Part shown: positions 49,009 through 58,608 of the stretch, piece by piece
How positions within the stretch are numbered: the first letter of the stretch is position 1
Layout: every line of letters begins with the position of its first letter
DNA from: Candidatus Omnitrophota bacterium
Lineage (GTDB): Bacteria > Omnitrophota > Gorgyraeia > Gorgyraeales > Gorgyraeaceae
DNA length: 64,000 bases
Direction of reading: 5' to 3'
NCBI GenBank assembly: GCA_043821705.1
Contig: JBDRCN010000035.1
Location: 43,321-107,320, forward strand
Position numbers and translations under genes: made by a program
The notes under the pieces: model-generated
What the model saw: only the letters and a program-made list of their open reading frames with translations
Databases searched by the model: none
Told to the model about the DNA's origin: nothing

Positions 49009-49695
49009 TTAAAACTTATATATCTTTCTTTTTTTAACAAGCGACAGGCTCTTGCCTTTGACTTTCTTTGCTTTTATATAATATTGATAGGTAAGCAGGT
49101 CTTTTAATACACCAAATAATAAGAAATTGGCTATCTTAAAACCTCTTGCACTAGAGATATTGCGCTCAATCCTTACTATCTCACATCCTGCATCCATGAA
49201 TAACTCTTTCATATTTACCAAAGTAAAAAATCTAACATGATGCTTCCATAATATGCCTTCATCAGTATAATCCCATGTTCCTCCGAATAATAACCTGATA
49301 ATAACCTTATAATAGCGCACATTCGCCATACTAGCGACTATATGACCATCATCTTTCAGATATAGCATATATTTATTTAGAATAGACAGCGGATCTTTAA
49401 AGCAATCTAATACATCGCCGCATAATATACAATCGAAATAGCCTTCTTGATATGGAAGATCTATGTCCTTAAGATCTCCTAAATAGACCTCGTCTAGTTT
49501 CCCCTTGGCTATATCTATTGATCCCTTATCCATATCTATACCTACGACGGTCTTGCCTTTGGACTTTAATCTGTCTCCCAAACTGCCATCATTGCAGCCA
49601 AGATCCAGTATTTTATTGCTGTCTTCAGAAATAAGCGCCAGGAAATTATCTCTTTTGACTTTTTTCTTCTTTTTGATCATGATCTTTAATCCCAT
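49009..49695 (-). CDS. Class I SAM-dependent methyltransferase
   Basis: LDLGCNDG, FDCILCGDVL, HVRFFT. Confidence 0.88.
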   Translation of the reverse strand: MGLKIMIKKKKKVKRDNFLALISEDSNKILDLGCNDGSLGDRLKSKGKTVVGIDMDKGSIDIAKGKLDEVYLGDLKDIDLPYQEGYFDCILCGDVLDCFKDPLSILNKYMLYLKDDGHIVASMANVRYYKVIIRLLFGGTWDYTDEGILWKHHVRFFTLVNMKELFMDAGCEIVRIERNISSARGFKIANFLLFGVLKDLLTYQYYIKAKKVKGKSLSLVKKRKIYKF

Positions 49696-50627
49696 CTTTC
49701 TTTGATAAGACTGTCTATTGCCTTATCAATAGCCTCAAGTGAACTATATCTTGTCTTCCACCCTAATTTTTTCATCTTTTTTGTATCTAATAGCATCAAT
49801 GGTACATCGCCCTGCCATCCACGATCAGAACCAGTATATTCGAGTTTAACTTTCTTGAGGCCAAGTTTTTTTACTACTAACTCTCCTATCTTGCTTATAA
49901 GAATGTCATCATCTGATGCTAGATTAAAGACATTGACATCATCCTTAGCCTTATTAAATGCATAAAGAATACCATCTACGCAATCTTCCACCAGGAGATA
50001 GGACTTTCTTTGCTTACCATTTCCCATGATCTGGAGTCTTGTTTTATCTTTCTTTAATTTTTCAATAAAGTCCACTAATATCCCGTGTGTACCTCTTTTT
50101 CCAATGATATTGGCAAATCTAAATATCCAACACTTGAACCCGAACATGTGACAATAACTAGCTATAAACCCTTCACATGCTAATTTGCTTGCACCATAGA
50201 TAGATATAGGAAGCATTGGCCCATAGTCTTCAGGCGTAGGTCTTATAGAAACTTCTCCAAATACAGTAGAACTTGAAGAAAACACTATATTCTTAATATT
50301 ATTGAGCCTCATCGCTTCCAATAGATTATATGTCGCTACTATGCCTTGATTAAAATCCACTTCTGGTGAATGAACGCCACATCTGATGTCAGGGTTAGCA
50401 GCTAGATGGAACACAGCGTCACAGCCTTTAATTGATCTTCTTAATGTGTCTATATCCAATAGATCGGCTTTGATAAATGTCACGTTTTTCTTATTTAGAT
50501 GACCTTCAATAAAGGCTTTTTTTCCAGAACTAAGATTATCATATATAACGACCTCGCCCTTTGAGACCAATCTATCTACTATATGGCTTCCGATAAAACC
50601 GCAACCTCCAGTAATGAAGTATTTCAA
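49686..50627 (-). CDS. NAD-dependent sugar epimerase/dehydratase
   Basis: TGGCGFIGS, HLAANP, YGASK. Confidence 0.93.
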   Translation of the reverse strand: MKYFITGGCGFIGSHIVDRLVSKGEVVIYDNLSSGKKAFIEGHLNKKNVTFIKADLLDIDTLRRSIKGCDAVFHLAANPDIRCGVHSPEVDFNQGIVATYNLLEAMRLNNIKNIVFSSSSTVFGEVSIRPTPEDYGPMLPISIYGASKLACEGFIASYCHMFGFKCWIFRFANIIGKRGTHGILVDFIEKLKKDKTRLQIMGNGKQRKSYLLVEDCVDGILYAFNKAKDDVNVFNLASDDDILISKIGELVVKKLGLKKVKLEYTGSDRGWQGDVPLMLLDTKKMKKLGWKTRYSSLEAIDKAIDSLIKERWD

Positions 50628-50643
50628 ACCTTGCCTCCTAATT

Positions 50644-51213
50644 TTAATACTTATTTTCTATCTGTTCCTTTAAGAAAAGTTTTATCATATGGAGAATTAT
50701 TAGATGGATATCTTCTACCTGTTCCATTACATTGGACTCTACTACTATACTTAAAGAAGCAAGATCTCGCAATCTTCCCCCTTTAAATCCTGTAAGCCCT
50801 ATAGTTATTGCAGAATGCTTATTTGCAGCTTCTATTGCATTTAATATGTTAGGGGAATTCCCGCTTGCACTTATCCCTATAACAACATCACTCTCTTTTA
50901 CTATATTTAAGAGCTGTTCAACAAATATGTTATCGTAACCGCAGTCATTTGCATATGCGGTAGTAGTCGCTACATTATCACATAAAGCAAATATCTTAAA
51001 TCTTTTTTTACCTTTCAGAGAAAGTCCCTTACCAATATCACAAGCAAAATGTGATGCAGTACTGGCGCTTCCTCCGTTACCCATTACTATTATGTGGTTT
51101 CCTTTTTTATAAGCCTCACACAAAATATCAGCTACTTTTTTAAGCTTCTCTATTGCAACACTATCTAATCCGGAATTAATCCCTTCTAAATAAGACCTTA
51201 AAAAATTTTCCAT
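50644..51213 (-). CDS. gmhA: Phosphoheptose isomerase (SIS domain)
   Basis: GNGGSAS, TAYAND, SASGNSPN. Confidence 0.85.
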   Translation of the reverse strand: MENFLRSYLEGINSGLDSVAIEKLKKVADILCEAYKKGNHIIVMGNGGSASTASHFACDIGKGLSLKGKKRFKIFALCDNVATTTAYANDCGYDNIFVEQLLNIVKESDVVIGISASGNSPNILNAIEAANKHSAITIGLTGFKGGRLRDLASLSIVVESNVMEQVEDIHLIILHMIKLFLKEQIENKY

Positions 51214-51215
51214 AC

Positions 51216-52196
51216 TTACCTCTCTGCGTAAATTATTCTAGAACCGCTTTGTTCAAACTTTATAGGCATATAGTGCAGCTCGCTTAATGCTTTCCTTACG
51301 GTCTTTTGATGTTTCTTCTTGCAATAAAGAAGCATAAAACCTCCCCCTCCTGCTCCTACTACCTTTCCTCCTAAAGCACCTGCATCCAATGCCTTCTTAT
51401 ACCAATCATCTATCAGATGATTGGTAATGCTAGATGTCATCTTTTTCTTAAGTTCCCATCCCTTATTCAGAAGATAGCCAAAATCTTCCAGCCTGGATCG
51501 CTTTTTTTCAAGACATGACTTGAATTCACCTACCATGGCCTTTAGATCACGCAGGATATGTATCCTTCCATGGCTATTCGCCTTCTGCTGGCCCAATATA
51601 ATACCTGCATCTCTTGAGATATTTGTATAAAAAAGCATAAGATTACCTTCTAATCTCTTCATTCTATTCTTATTATCCAACACTGGCTCTACCACAACAT
51701 CTTCACTCTCTTTAAAGATAATGTGTTTCAACCCTCCAAAAGCAGCAATATATTGATCTTGTTTACCTATAGGCTCTCCTACTATATCTATTTCTAACTT
51801 ACAAGCTTCCTCTGCGAGCCTTCTAGGCGTGACCCTCTCACCCTTATAACCATAAAGCGCATTTAAAAGTCCTACTGTAAGACTGCTTGATGAGCCAAGG
51901 CCTGTACCCTTTGCAGGCACATCAGCAATAGTTGTGATCTCTACGCCTTTAGTAACACCGGTCAGTTTCATTGCCTCTCTTACTAGTTCATGGTGCAATT
52001 CATCTACATGGTCTACTATCTCTGTTTTCGTGTAACTAAGACGTATCGAATCATCAAATCTTTTATTTACTGTCACATACATGTACTTGTCTATAGCTGT
52101 TGAGATCACTTCCCCGCCCTCTTTCTTATAAAAAACAGCAAGGTCAGTACCTCCTCCTGCAAAACTTATTCTAAGGGGAGTCCTAGATATTATCAC
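51216..52196 (-). CDS. hddA: D-glycero-alpha-D-manno-heptose-7-phosphate kinase (GHMP)
   Basis: PLRISFAGGGTD, GLGSSS, GKQDQY, GAGGGG. Confidence 0.88.
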   Translation of the reverse strand: MIISRTPLRISFAGGGTDLAVFYKKEGGEVISTAIDKYMYVTVNKRFDDSIRLSYTKTEIVDHVDELHHELVREAMKLTGVTKGVEITTIADVPAKGTGLGSSSSLTVGLLNALYGYKGERVTPRRLAEEACKLEIDIVGEPIGKQDQYIAAFGGLKHIIFKESEDVVVEPVLDNKNRMKRLEGNLMLFYTNISRDAGIILGQQKANSHGRIHILRDLKAMVGEFKSCLEKKRSRLEDFGYLLNKGWELKKKMTSSITNHLIDDWYKKALDAGALGGKVVGAGGGGFMLLYCKKKHQKTVRKALSELHYMPIKFEQSGSRIIYAER

Positions 52197-52882
52197 GCAA
52201 GCACCTCCTCAATATCCTTTATCCCTTCTAGGGTGCCAATATCATAAAATCTCTTAGAGACAACATATCCAGCGAGTTGCCTTTTTTGTATCAAAGAAGG
52301 GTATATTTCTTCCTCTAGTGAAACTTGTCTATCGCCTGGTATCAGATCTAGCACTTTTTTATTAAATATTGCCACACCCGCATCTATATGATCCATGCCA
52401 TGCTCTGAAACCTTGCTATAACCAGTTATCATATTTTTCTCATTAAGCTGGATATTATTCTTCAAAATATTAATTTGATTATCATAAGAGACTATTGTAC
52501 CTAGATAATCATTGTTCAAAGAAAATTCCACCAATCCATGATAATCTATATCCAGATATGAATCGCCATTTAAAAAAAGGAATTTATCAGTAATAAGCTT
52601 CTTTGCATTCTTTAGCGCTCCGCCTGTCCCTAGAAAATCTTTTTCTATCGAATATTCAATATTAACATCAAATTCTGAACCATCTCTGAAATAATCCATG
52701 ATGACTTCTTTTAGATAACAGCAGCAAATAACAAAACTAGTGATCTTATAGGATCTTAATAGGTTTATCTGGTATTCTAGAAAGGGTTTATCCAATATCT
52801 TCACCATAGCCTTAGGAATATTATTAGTGATAGGGCGGAGTCTTGTACCTTTTCCACCTGCAAGTATAACAGCTTTGATCAT
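52193..52882 (-). CDS. hddC: Heptose-1-phosphate guanylyltransferase-like nucleotidyltransferase
   Basis: LAGGKGTRL, PKAM, GTGGAL, NGDSY, DIGT; adjacent to hddA and gmhA. Confidence 0.75.
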   Translation of the reverse strand: MIKAVILAGGKGTRLRPITNNIPKAMVKILDKPFLEYQINLLRSYKITSFVICCCYLKEVIMDYFRDGSEFDVNIEYSIEKDFLGTGGALKNAKKLITDKFLFLNGDSYLDIDYHGLVEFSLNNDYLGTIVSYDNQINILKNNIQLNEKNMITGYSKVSEHGMDHIDAGVAIFNKKVLDLIPGDRQVSLEEEIYPSLIQKRQLAGYVVSKRFYDIGTLEGIKDIEEVLA

Positions 52883-52895
52883 TTTCAGTTTCTTT

Positions 52896-53939
52896 CTACT
52901 TTTCCAAGAGCTTTAGTTCAGCTTTATGTATCTTCTTAAACATTTCGAATCTGCCTAATAGTGATTTGCTGTTTACATTTATAGAATCGTACTTTTTCTT
53001 CTTTGTAAGTACCTTGAACATCAAAAACACATTAAAAAAAGAGTCCTCATAAAAGATCTTTCTGATATTCCCGTGATTCAGGTCTTTTATCTCTTCTATG
53101 TCGCTCTTTTTCATCATAACATCTATCCAGTTGCCAGCATCAGCAAATGAATACATATTCTCTTTTATCATCTGAAACCCTTCATTCTTGGCATCCTTTA
53201 TCACATAAAGCATCCTTTTCGGCTTTCTATACAACTTATAGAATTTTTCCTTGCTTTCATTAAAAAGTTTTTCAAAGTGTTCCTTCTTTTCTCTGCCTTT
53301 GAAAGAAGCGTGTTCTTCATGGTACACATAGGATCCCAAGGCCATCACTGATTTATATCCTTTTTGTTTGGCCCTCATTGAATATTCAGTGTCTTCAAAA
53401 TATCCTGGCGAGAACCTCTCGTCCCAGACCCCTATCTCATTTATAAGTTTACGCTTTACTAGATAGCAAAACCCTACTGCTGTACCTATCTCGACGAACT
53501 TGCCGGAATTTTCCCTCACGAGCCTTCCAGTAAAATCCTCCAAGGACTCCATCTTCTTTTTTCTTAGCCCAAAAGTATTACTCGAAGGATTTACTATACC
53601 TATATCATCTGAAGCCTCAGCTACCTTTACCATCTCGACTAACCAGTCTTTGCACACAATAGTATCATTATCCAATATACACACATACTCTGCATCTCCG
53701 TAAGTCATGCCCTGGACACCCGCAGTAGTATTCCCCAAGTTTTCCTTATTGACTATTAATTTTATTCTATCAGGGTTATCGCTGGCTGTTTTCTCAAGAT
53801 ATTTTCTGGTATCATCTTTGCTCGCATTATCTATCAATAAAACAGTGTAGGGGAATATAGTGTTGGATAAGATATGATCCACGCATCTTTTCGTAAGTTG
53901 TTTTTTATTCCAGACAGGTATTACTATATCACACTTCAT
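52896..53939 (-). CDS. GT2 glycosyltransferase
   Basis: IPVWN, DNAS, LDNDT, GYFED. Confidence 0.9.
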   Translation of the reverse strand: MKCDIVIPVWNKKQLTKRCVDHILSNTIFPYTVLLIDNASKDDTRKYLEKTASDNPDRIKLIVNKENLGNTTAGVQGMTYGDAEYVCILDNDTIVCKDWLVEMVKVAEASDDIGIVNPSSNTFGLRKKKMESLEDFTGRLVRENSGKFVEIGTAVGFCYLVKRKLINEIGVWDERFSPGYFEDTEYSMRAKQKGYKSVMALGSYVYHEEHASFKGREKKEHFEKLFNESKEKFYKLYRKPKRMLYVIKDAKNEGFQMIKENMYSFADAGNWIDVMMKKSDIEEIKDLNHGNIRKIFYEDSFFNVFLMFKVLTKKKKYDSINVNSKSLLGRFEMFKKIHKAELKLLEK

Positions 53940-53940
53940 G

Positions 53941-55035
53941 TCACCATCCGCTCTTTATGGTCTTTATAACTTTTTCTACATCATTATCTGTAAGGTTATA
54001 GTGTAGTGGGATAGAGACATATTCTGGTTCTACTTCATTCATGACCTCTAATTCCTCTAGTCTCTTACCCCCAAAGATAGGATATATATCGCATCTTACA
54101 TGTACCATATGAGATTCAATATCATTGGCTAAAAGTTTTTTCATAAAACCTTTCCTATCCTTGACCCTCATAGTAAACAGCCAATTACCACTTACCCTAT
54201 CATCCTTTTTAGAAAGTAATGTAAGGCCTTCGACACCTTTTAACCCATCTCTATATCTATCAGATATCTCTCTACGCTTTTTTAAAACTTTCTTCAGATC
54301 GTCGAGCTGATCTACGATCATGCTGGCAGCAATATCATTCATGTGATATTTATAACCTACTTCTTTTATCTGGTATTTCCAATATATATCTCCACGGAAC
54401 TCCCTGTCTATGCCATACCACCTTAAAAGTTTAGCTCTTTTATATTGATCCTGTTTTAAGACTGTCAAAAGGCCTCCATCCCCGGAAGTGATCTGTTTTA
54501 TGGCCTGGAAAGAAAAACAAGTAAAATCTCCAATGCTACCGATATTTTTCCCTTTATAAGTCGCCCCAAAAGCATGAGCAGCATCCTCTATCACCGGAAC
54601 ATTATGTTCCTTGCCTATCTTCAGTATCTCGTCCATATCGCATGGATAACCTGCCCAATGGACAACAAGTATGGCCTTTGTCCTGTCCGTTATCTTCTTT
54701 TTTATGCTTTCCGGGTCTATGTTCAATGTATCTCTCTGGATATCCGCAAACACTGTTTTAGCGCCAGTGTAAAGTATGGGTATATTAGTAGCGGAACATG
54801 TCATAGGAGTGGTCACGACTTCGTTATCACTTTTTACTCCTGACATGATCAAAGCAAGATGTATGGCAGAAGTACATGAATTCACAGTGACTGGATAAGC
54901 AAACCCCAGCATCTTCTTAAACTTTCTTTCAGCTTCTTCTACTTTAGGCCCTTGCCCGATCCATCTGGTCTTTAAAACTTCTTTTAGATTATCATATACC
55001 TTCTCTGACATATACGGCCAAAACATATTGATCAT
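53941..55035 (-). CDS. DegT/DnrJ/EryC1/StrS sugar aminotransferase
   Basis: EDAAHA, FSFQAIKQITSGDGG. Confidence 0.93.
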   Translation of the reverse strand: MINMFWPYMSEKVYDNLKEVLKTRWIGQGPKVEEAERKFKKMLGFAYPVTVNSCTSAIHLALIMSGVKSDNEVVTTPMTCSATNIPILYTGAKTVFADIQRDTLNIDPESIKKKITDRTKAILVVHWAGYPCDMDEILKIGKEHNVPVIEDAAHAFGATYKGKNIGSIGDFTCFSFQAIKQITSGDGGLLTVLKQDQYKRAKLLRWYGIDREFRGDIYWKYQIKEVGYKYHMNDIAASMIVDQLDDLKKVLKKRREISDRYRDGLKGVEGLTLLSKKDDRVSGNWLFTMRVKDRKGFMKKLLANDIESHMVHVRCDIYPIFGGKRLEELEVMNEVEPEYVSIPLHYNLTDNDVEKVIKTIKSGW

Positions 55036-55913
55036 AGTTCCATCTCCTCTCTTAATAATTTTAAACCTTCATTACAAGTATGCACAGGAACATCCAGCTC
55101 TTTCTTTATTTTTTCTACACACAGGCCTGCCTTTTTAGGCCTTTTTGCTTTAAGCTTTAGGTCCTTTAGGCTGACCTTTTCTATCAAATCCTTATTTAAG
55201 TTGAATATATTTGCTATTTTCTCTATGAATTCCACTCTATTTATAAAATCAGTCCCTGCTACATGATAGGTCCCATTTTTTCTAGACTCAATAAGCTTAA
55301 TAATAGCTAAAGAAAGATCTCCCACATAAGTAGGCGTACAATAAAAATCCTCTGCTGCATATACTTTCTTATTGCTGCGCATATTATTTATGATCTTTAA
55401 TGAAAAATTCACTCCATTTTTTTCTTTCCCAAAAAGTTGAGCTGTTCTAATGATCAAATAATCGTTAAGCCTCTTTTTTATCTCGTTTTCGACTTTTAGT
55501 TTAGTCATACCATAGATATTAAGAGGAGATGGTATGTCCTCTTCTCTATAAGGCCCTTTTTTTCCATCAAATACATAATCAGTTGAAAGAAATACTATTT
55601 TTTTATTCCGTTCCTTTATCTTTTTTATTAATTCAATTGATCCTTCCACATTTATATCTTCTGCTAGATCTTTCTCTGATTCACATAAGTCTACATTAGT
55701 AACACCGCCTGACAATATCGCTATATCTGGATCAAAAGAATCTATGGTTTTTTCTATACCTTCCCTGTCCCTTAGGTCAAGATATGTCATGCCTTCCTCT
55801 GGCGCAGGCTCACAGTATGTGCCTAGCGCTTTCCATCCTTGATTTTTTAGATCTATATATAACCTGCTTCCTAGAACACCTGTTGCTCCAACTAGCAAAA
55901 CTTTCATAAGCAT
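55032..55913 (-). CDS. rfbD: dTDP-4-dehydrorhamnose reductase-like SDR
   Basis: [24 protein letters not shown]. Confidence 0.8.
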   Translation of the reverse strand: MLMKVLLVGATGVLGSRLYIDLKNQGWKALGTYCEPAPEEGMTYLDLRDREGIEKTIDSFDPDIAILSGGVTNVDLCESEKDLAEDINVEGSIELIKKIKERNKKIVFLSTDYVFDGKKGPYREEDIPSPLNIYGMTKLKVENEIKKRLNDYLIIRTAQLFGKEKNGVNFSLKIINNMRSNKKVYAAEDFYCTPTYVGDLSLAIIKLIESRKNGTYHVAGTDFINRVEFIEKIANIFNLNKDLIEKVSLKDLKLKAKRPKKAGLCVEKIKKELDVPVHTCNEGLKLLREEMEL

Positions 55914-57007
55914 TCCCCTAGACTGTCTACTATATATTTGATCTCTTCTTCTTTGAGCTCAGGGTACATCGGAAGGCTAAGGACTTCTTCGCAACACTTT
56001 TCTGATATTGGGAAGTCTCCCTTTTTATGGCCTAGCTCTTTATACGCTTCCTGCAGATGGACAGGTATTGGGTAATGGATTATAGTAGGTATGTCCTTGC
56101 TAGTCAAATACTCTATTACCTTTGATCTATTTTTTATCCTCACAACATATTGGTGATATATATGCTTTGCATATTCTGCTTCATATGGCAATACTATATC
56201 AATACCTCTTTTTTTAAATAAATCAGTGTATATAGATGCATTCTTTCTTCTTTTTTCATTCCATTCGTCTAGATATCTTAATTTTACCCTAAGTACTGCA
56301 GCTTGTATTGTATCCAACCTGGAGTTATACCCTTTTATAATATTTTCATATCTGTCTTTTCTTCCATAATCACGTAGAAGTAATAGTCTTTTTTTCATCT
56401 CTTCTGACCTTGTAAGTGCCATGCCTCCATCACCAAAAGCCCCAAGGTTCTTTGTAGGATAAAACGAAAAACAGCCAATATCCCCTATGCTTCCTGCTTT
56501 TTTATTTTTATAGAGCGACCCATGTGCTTGAGCAGCGTCTTCTATGACCTTTAAGTTGTGCTCTCTAGCGATCTCCATGATAGGGTCCATGTCAGCAGCA
56601 TGGCCATAAAGATGTACTGGCAGTATTGCCTTTGTCTTTTTAGTGATAGCTTTTTTTATCTTAACTGGGTCTATGTTATATATCTTCTTGTCTATGTCTA
56701 CAAACACGGGCTTAGCCCCTGTCATTGATATAGCTAATGCTGTCGCGATGTATGTATAACTCATAGTGATAACTTCATCGCCTTTCCCTATCCCGCAAGC
56801 AAGGCATGCTAAAAATAATGCATCTGTCCCAGAATTTAGTCCTATGCCATAATCTGTATTACAGTATCTTGCAAACTCTTCTTCAAAAAGAATCACATCT
56901 TTACCCAGAATAAATCCACACGAATTTAAAACATTCTCTAGAGGGGCCTTTAACTCATCTTTAATAGATTCATATTGCCTCTTGAGTGTAAAAAAATCTA
57001 TCTTCAT
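55904..57007 (-). CDS. DegT/DnrJ/EryC1/StrS sugar aminotransferase
   Basis: [34 protein letters not shown]. Confidence 0.95.
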   Translation of the reverse strand: MKIDFFTLKRQYESIKDELKAPLENVLNSCGFILGKDVILFEEEFARYCNTDYGIGLNSGTDALFLACLACGIGKGDEVITMSYTYIATALAISMTGAKPVFVDIDKKIYNIDPVKIKKAITKKTKAILPVHLYGHAADMDPIMEIAREHNLKVIEDAAQAHGSLYKNKKAGSIGDIGCFSFYPTKNLGAFGDGGMALTRSEEMKKRLLLLRDYGRKDRYENIIKGYNSRLDTIQAAVLRVKLRYLDEWNEKRRKNASIYTDLFKKRGIDIVLPYEAEYAKHIYHQYVVRIKNRSKVIEYLTSKDIPTIIHYPIPVHLQEAYKELGHKKGDFPISEKCCEEVLSLPMYPELKEEEIKYIVDSLGECL

Positions 57008-57016
57008 CTCTTCCCC

Positions 57017-58093
57017 CTATTCGATCATATGTAAAACTTTATCAAAAACATCGTCTACGCTCAATGTTTCCAAACATCTTTTATGGCTGCATTCTGGGAC
57101 CTTGAACCTCTTATAACAAGGCCTGCAATCCACTTCTTTAGTAACACTGATATTAGCTAGGCCAGAAGGATAAGCACCATATACTGATTCATCAACTGGC
57201 CCGAATATTGATACAGTCTTAATACCTTGGCTAGAAGCAATATGTAGCGGCCCTCCTTCACTACAGATAAATAATTTTAATCTCTTGCAAAGCTCTGCCA
57301 TCTGCCTTACTGTAGTCCTAGGAGCGATCAGCGTTTTTCTCTCCATGCTATTTTTAATATCTTCTACAAGCCCTTCTTCCCCTGGCCCCCAGATAAAAAC
57401 AACTTTTGCATTAAATTTCTCTATGAGTTTATCAGCTAATAGACTAAATTTATCAGCTGGCCATCTTCTCATACCTCCTTTTTCCTTGCCGAAACTCACT
57501 CCTCCGCCTGGAGCTATGCCTATCAAAACATCTTCATGTCCTATACCTGAAGTCTTTAAAAAACTATCTATATATTCTTTGTCTTCCTTTAAAGTGATAA
57601 GAGTTGTTTTAATGCCTTTAAATCTAGAAAGGTCTATCCTTGAGCATATAAGATCCAGATAATATTCAGCTACTGGCTTGTCATTAAATCCAAAAAATGG
57701 AGTCTTCCCTGTTAAGAATCTCCCTCTTCCTTTATAGTTAAATCCTATTCTTTCTTTAATGCCTATAAGCCAAGAGAGAAATGCATATTCCTTACCAAGA
57801 GAAAGATCTACCACTATGTCGATATTCCTTTTTTTTATCTTCATCCAGAAATCAATTATTTTTCTTAAGGAACCTACCTTATCCCTTTTCCAAAGTGCCC
57901 TATACTCACCCCTGTCAAATACAAATACCTCATCTATGTCAGTATTTGTCTCTAAGATCTCTTTAGTCCTTATATTACATATATAAGCTATATAGCTCTT
58001 TGAGTCAGCCTTTTTCAATACTGAGACTAAAGGCGTAGAAAACAGAACATCCCCAATACCAAATGGATTGATTATAAGTATCCTTTTACCCAT
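57017..58093 (-). CDS. GT9 heptosyltransferase-like protein
   Basis: GIGDVLFSTP, RRWP, GPLHIA, IFGP, CRPC. Confidence 0.9.
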   Translation of the reverse strand: MGKRILIINPFGIGDVLFSTPLVSVLKKADSKSYIAYICNIRTKEILETNTDIDEVFVFDRGEYRALWKRDKVGSLRKIIDFWMKIKKRNIDIVVDLSLGKEYAFLSWLIGIKERIGFNYKGRGRFLTGKTPFFGFNDKPVAEYYLDLICSRIDLSRFKGIKTTLITLKEDKEYIDSFLKTSGIGHEDVLIGIAPGGGVSFGKEKGGMRRWPADKFSLLADKLIEKFNAKVVFIWGPGEEGLVEDIKNSMERKTLIAPRTTVRQMAELCKRLKLFICSEGGPLHIASSQGIKTVSIFGPVDESVYGAYPSGLANISVTKEVDCRPCYKRFKVPECSHKRCLETLSVDDVFDKVLHMIE

Positions 58094-58142
58094 AAGAATC
58101 AGGATATTATACCATAATATACCTTAATCTATCTATGATTTT

Positions 58143-58246
58143 ATTATGACAGCGGGTCCTGTCCGAGATTCACCCCACAAGTGCTCGCCAAACGCTGCGC
58201 GCTTGCGGGGAACCCCAATCTCGGCCACCCGTTTCGCTATCATAAT
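58143..58246 (-). repeat. Rod-hairpin repeat family 2, copy B
   Basis: agcgggtcctgtccgagattcacccc...ccccaatctcggccacccg. Confidence 0.9.
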
Positions 58247-58430
58247 ATACTAGAATTACTGTGTTATAAGCTAAAGAAAAGCTGTACGCGAATTTGAAAA
58301 TTTAGGCTTTTATGAAGCGTTTTTCGGGCTTGAAGAACTTGCCACCACAAAATACCATACCGGACATACCGGACCCGGGGTCCGATATGGTTAAGCCAAG
58401 CCATCCACTAATAAATAGATCTAAGTCTTA

Positions 58431-58587
58431 CTGCCAACCTGGTAGGCATGAGAAAAGCCTTGCTTTTTTGAGCGGGCACGGTCCCCGCCTATTTTAGCAC
58501 GATGCGGGGGAGCGAAAAAAAGCATGGAGTGAAAGCTGCCACGCTGGGGCAGCTAAACGTCTTTTCGAAGGCCTGCCAGGTTGGCAG
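58431..58587. repeat. Structured repeat family 1, copy 3 (opposite orientation)
   Basis: 17-bp terminal IR; GAGCGGGCACGGT and AGCTGCC-ACGCTGG-GGCAGCT are the reverse complement of the core. Confidence 0.9.
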
Positions 58588-58608
58588 ATGGATGTAGGGA
58601 AAGTTTAA

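Noticed and set aside
58312-58497. 61-aa plus-strand ORF in the repeat pile-up (also 60460-60648)
   Set aside because: Spans palindromic elements; probably a chance ORF
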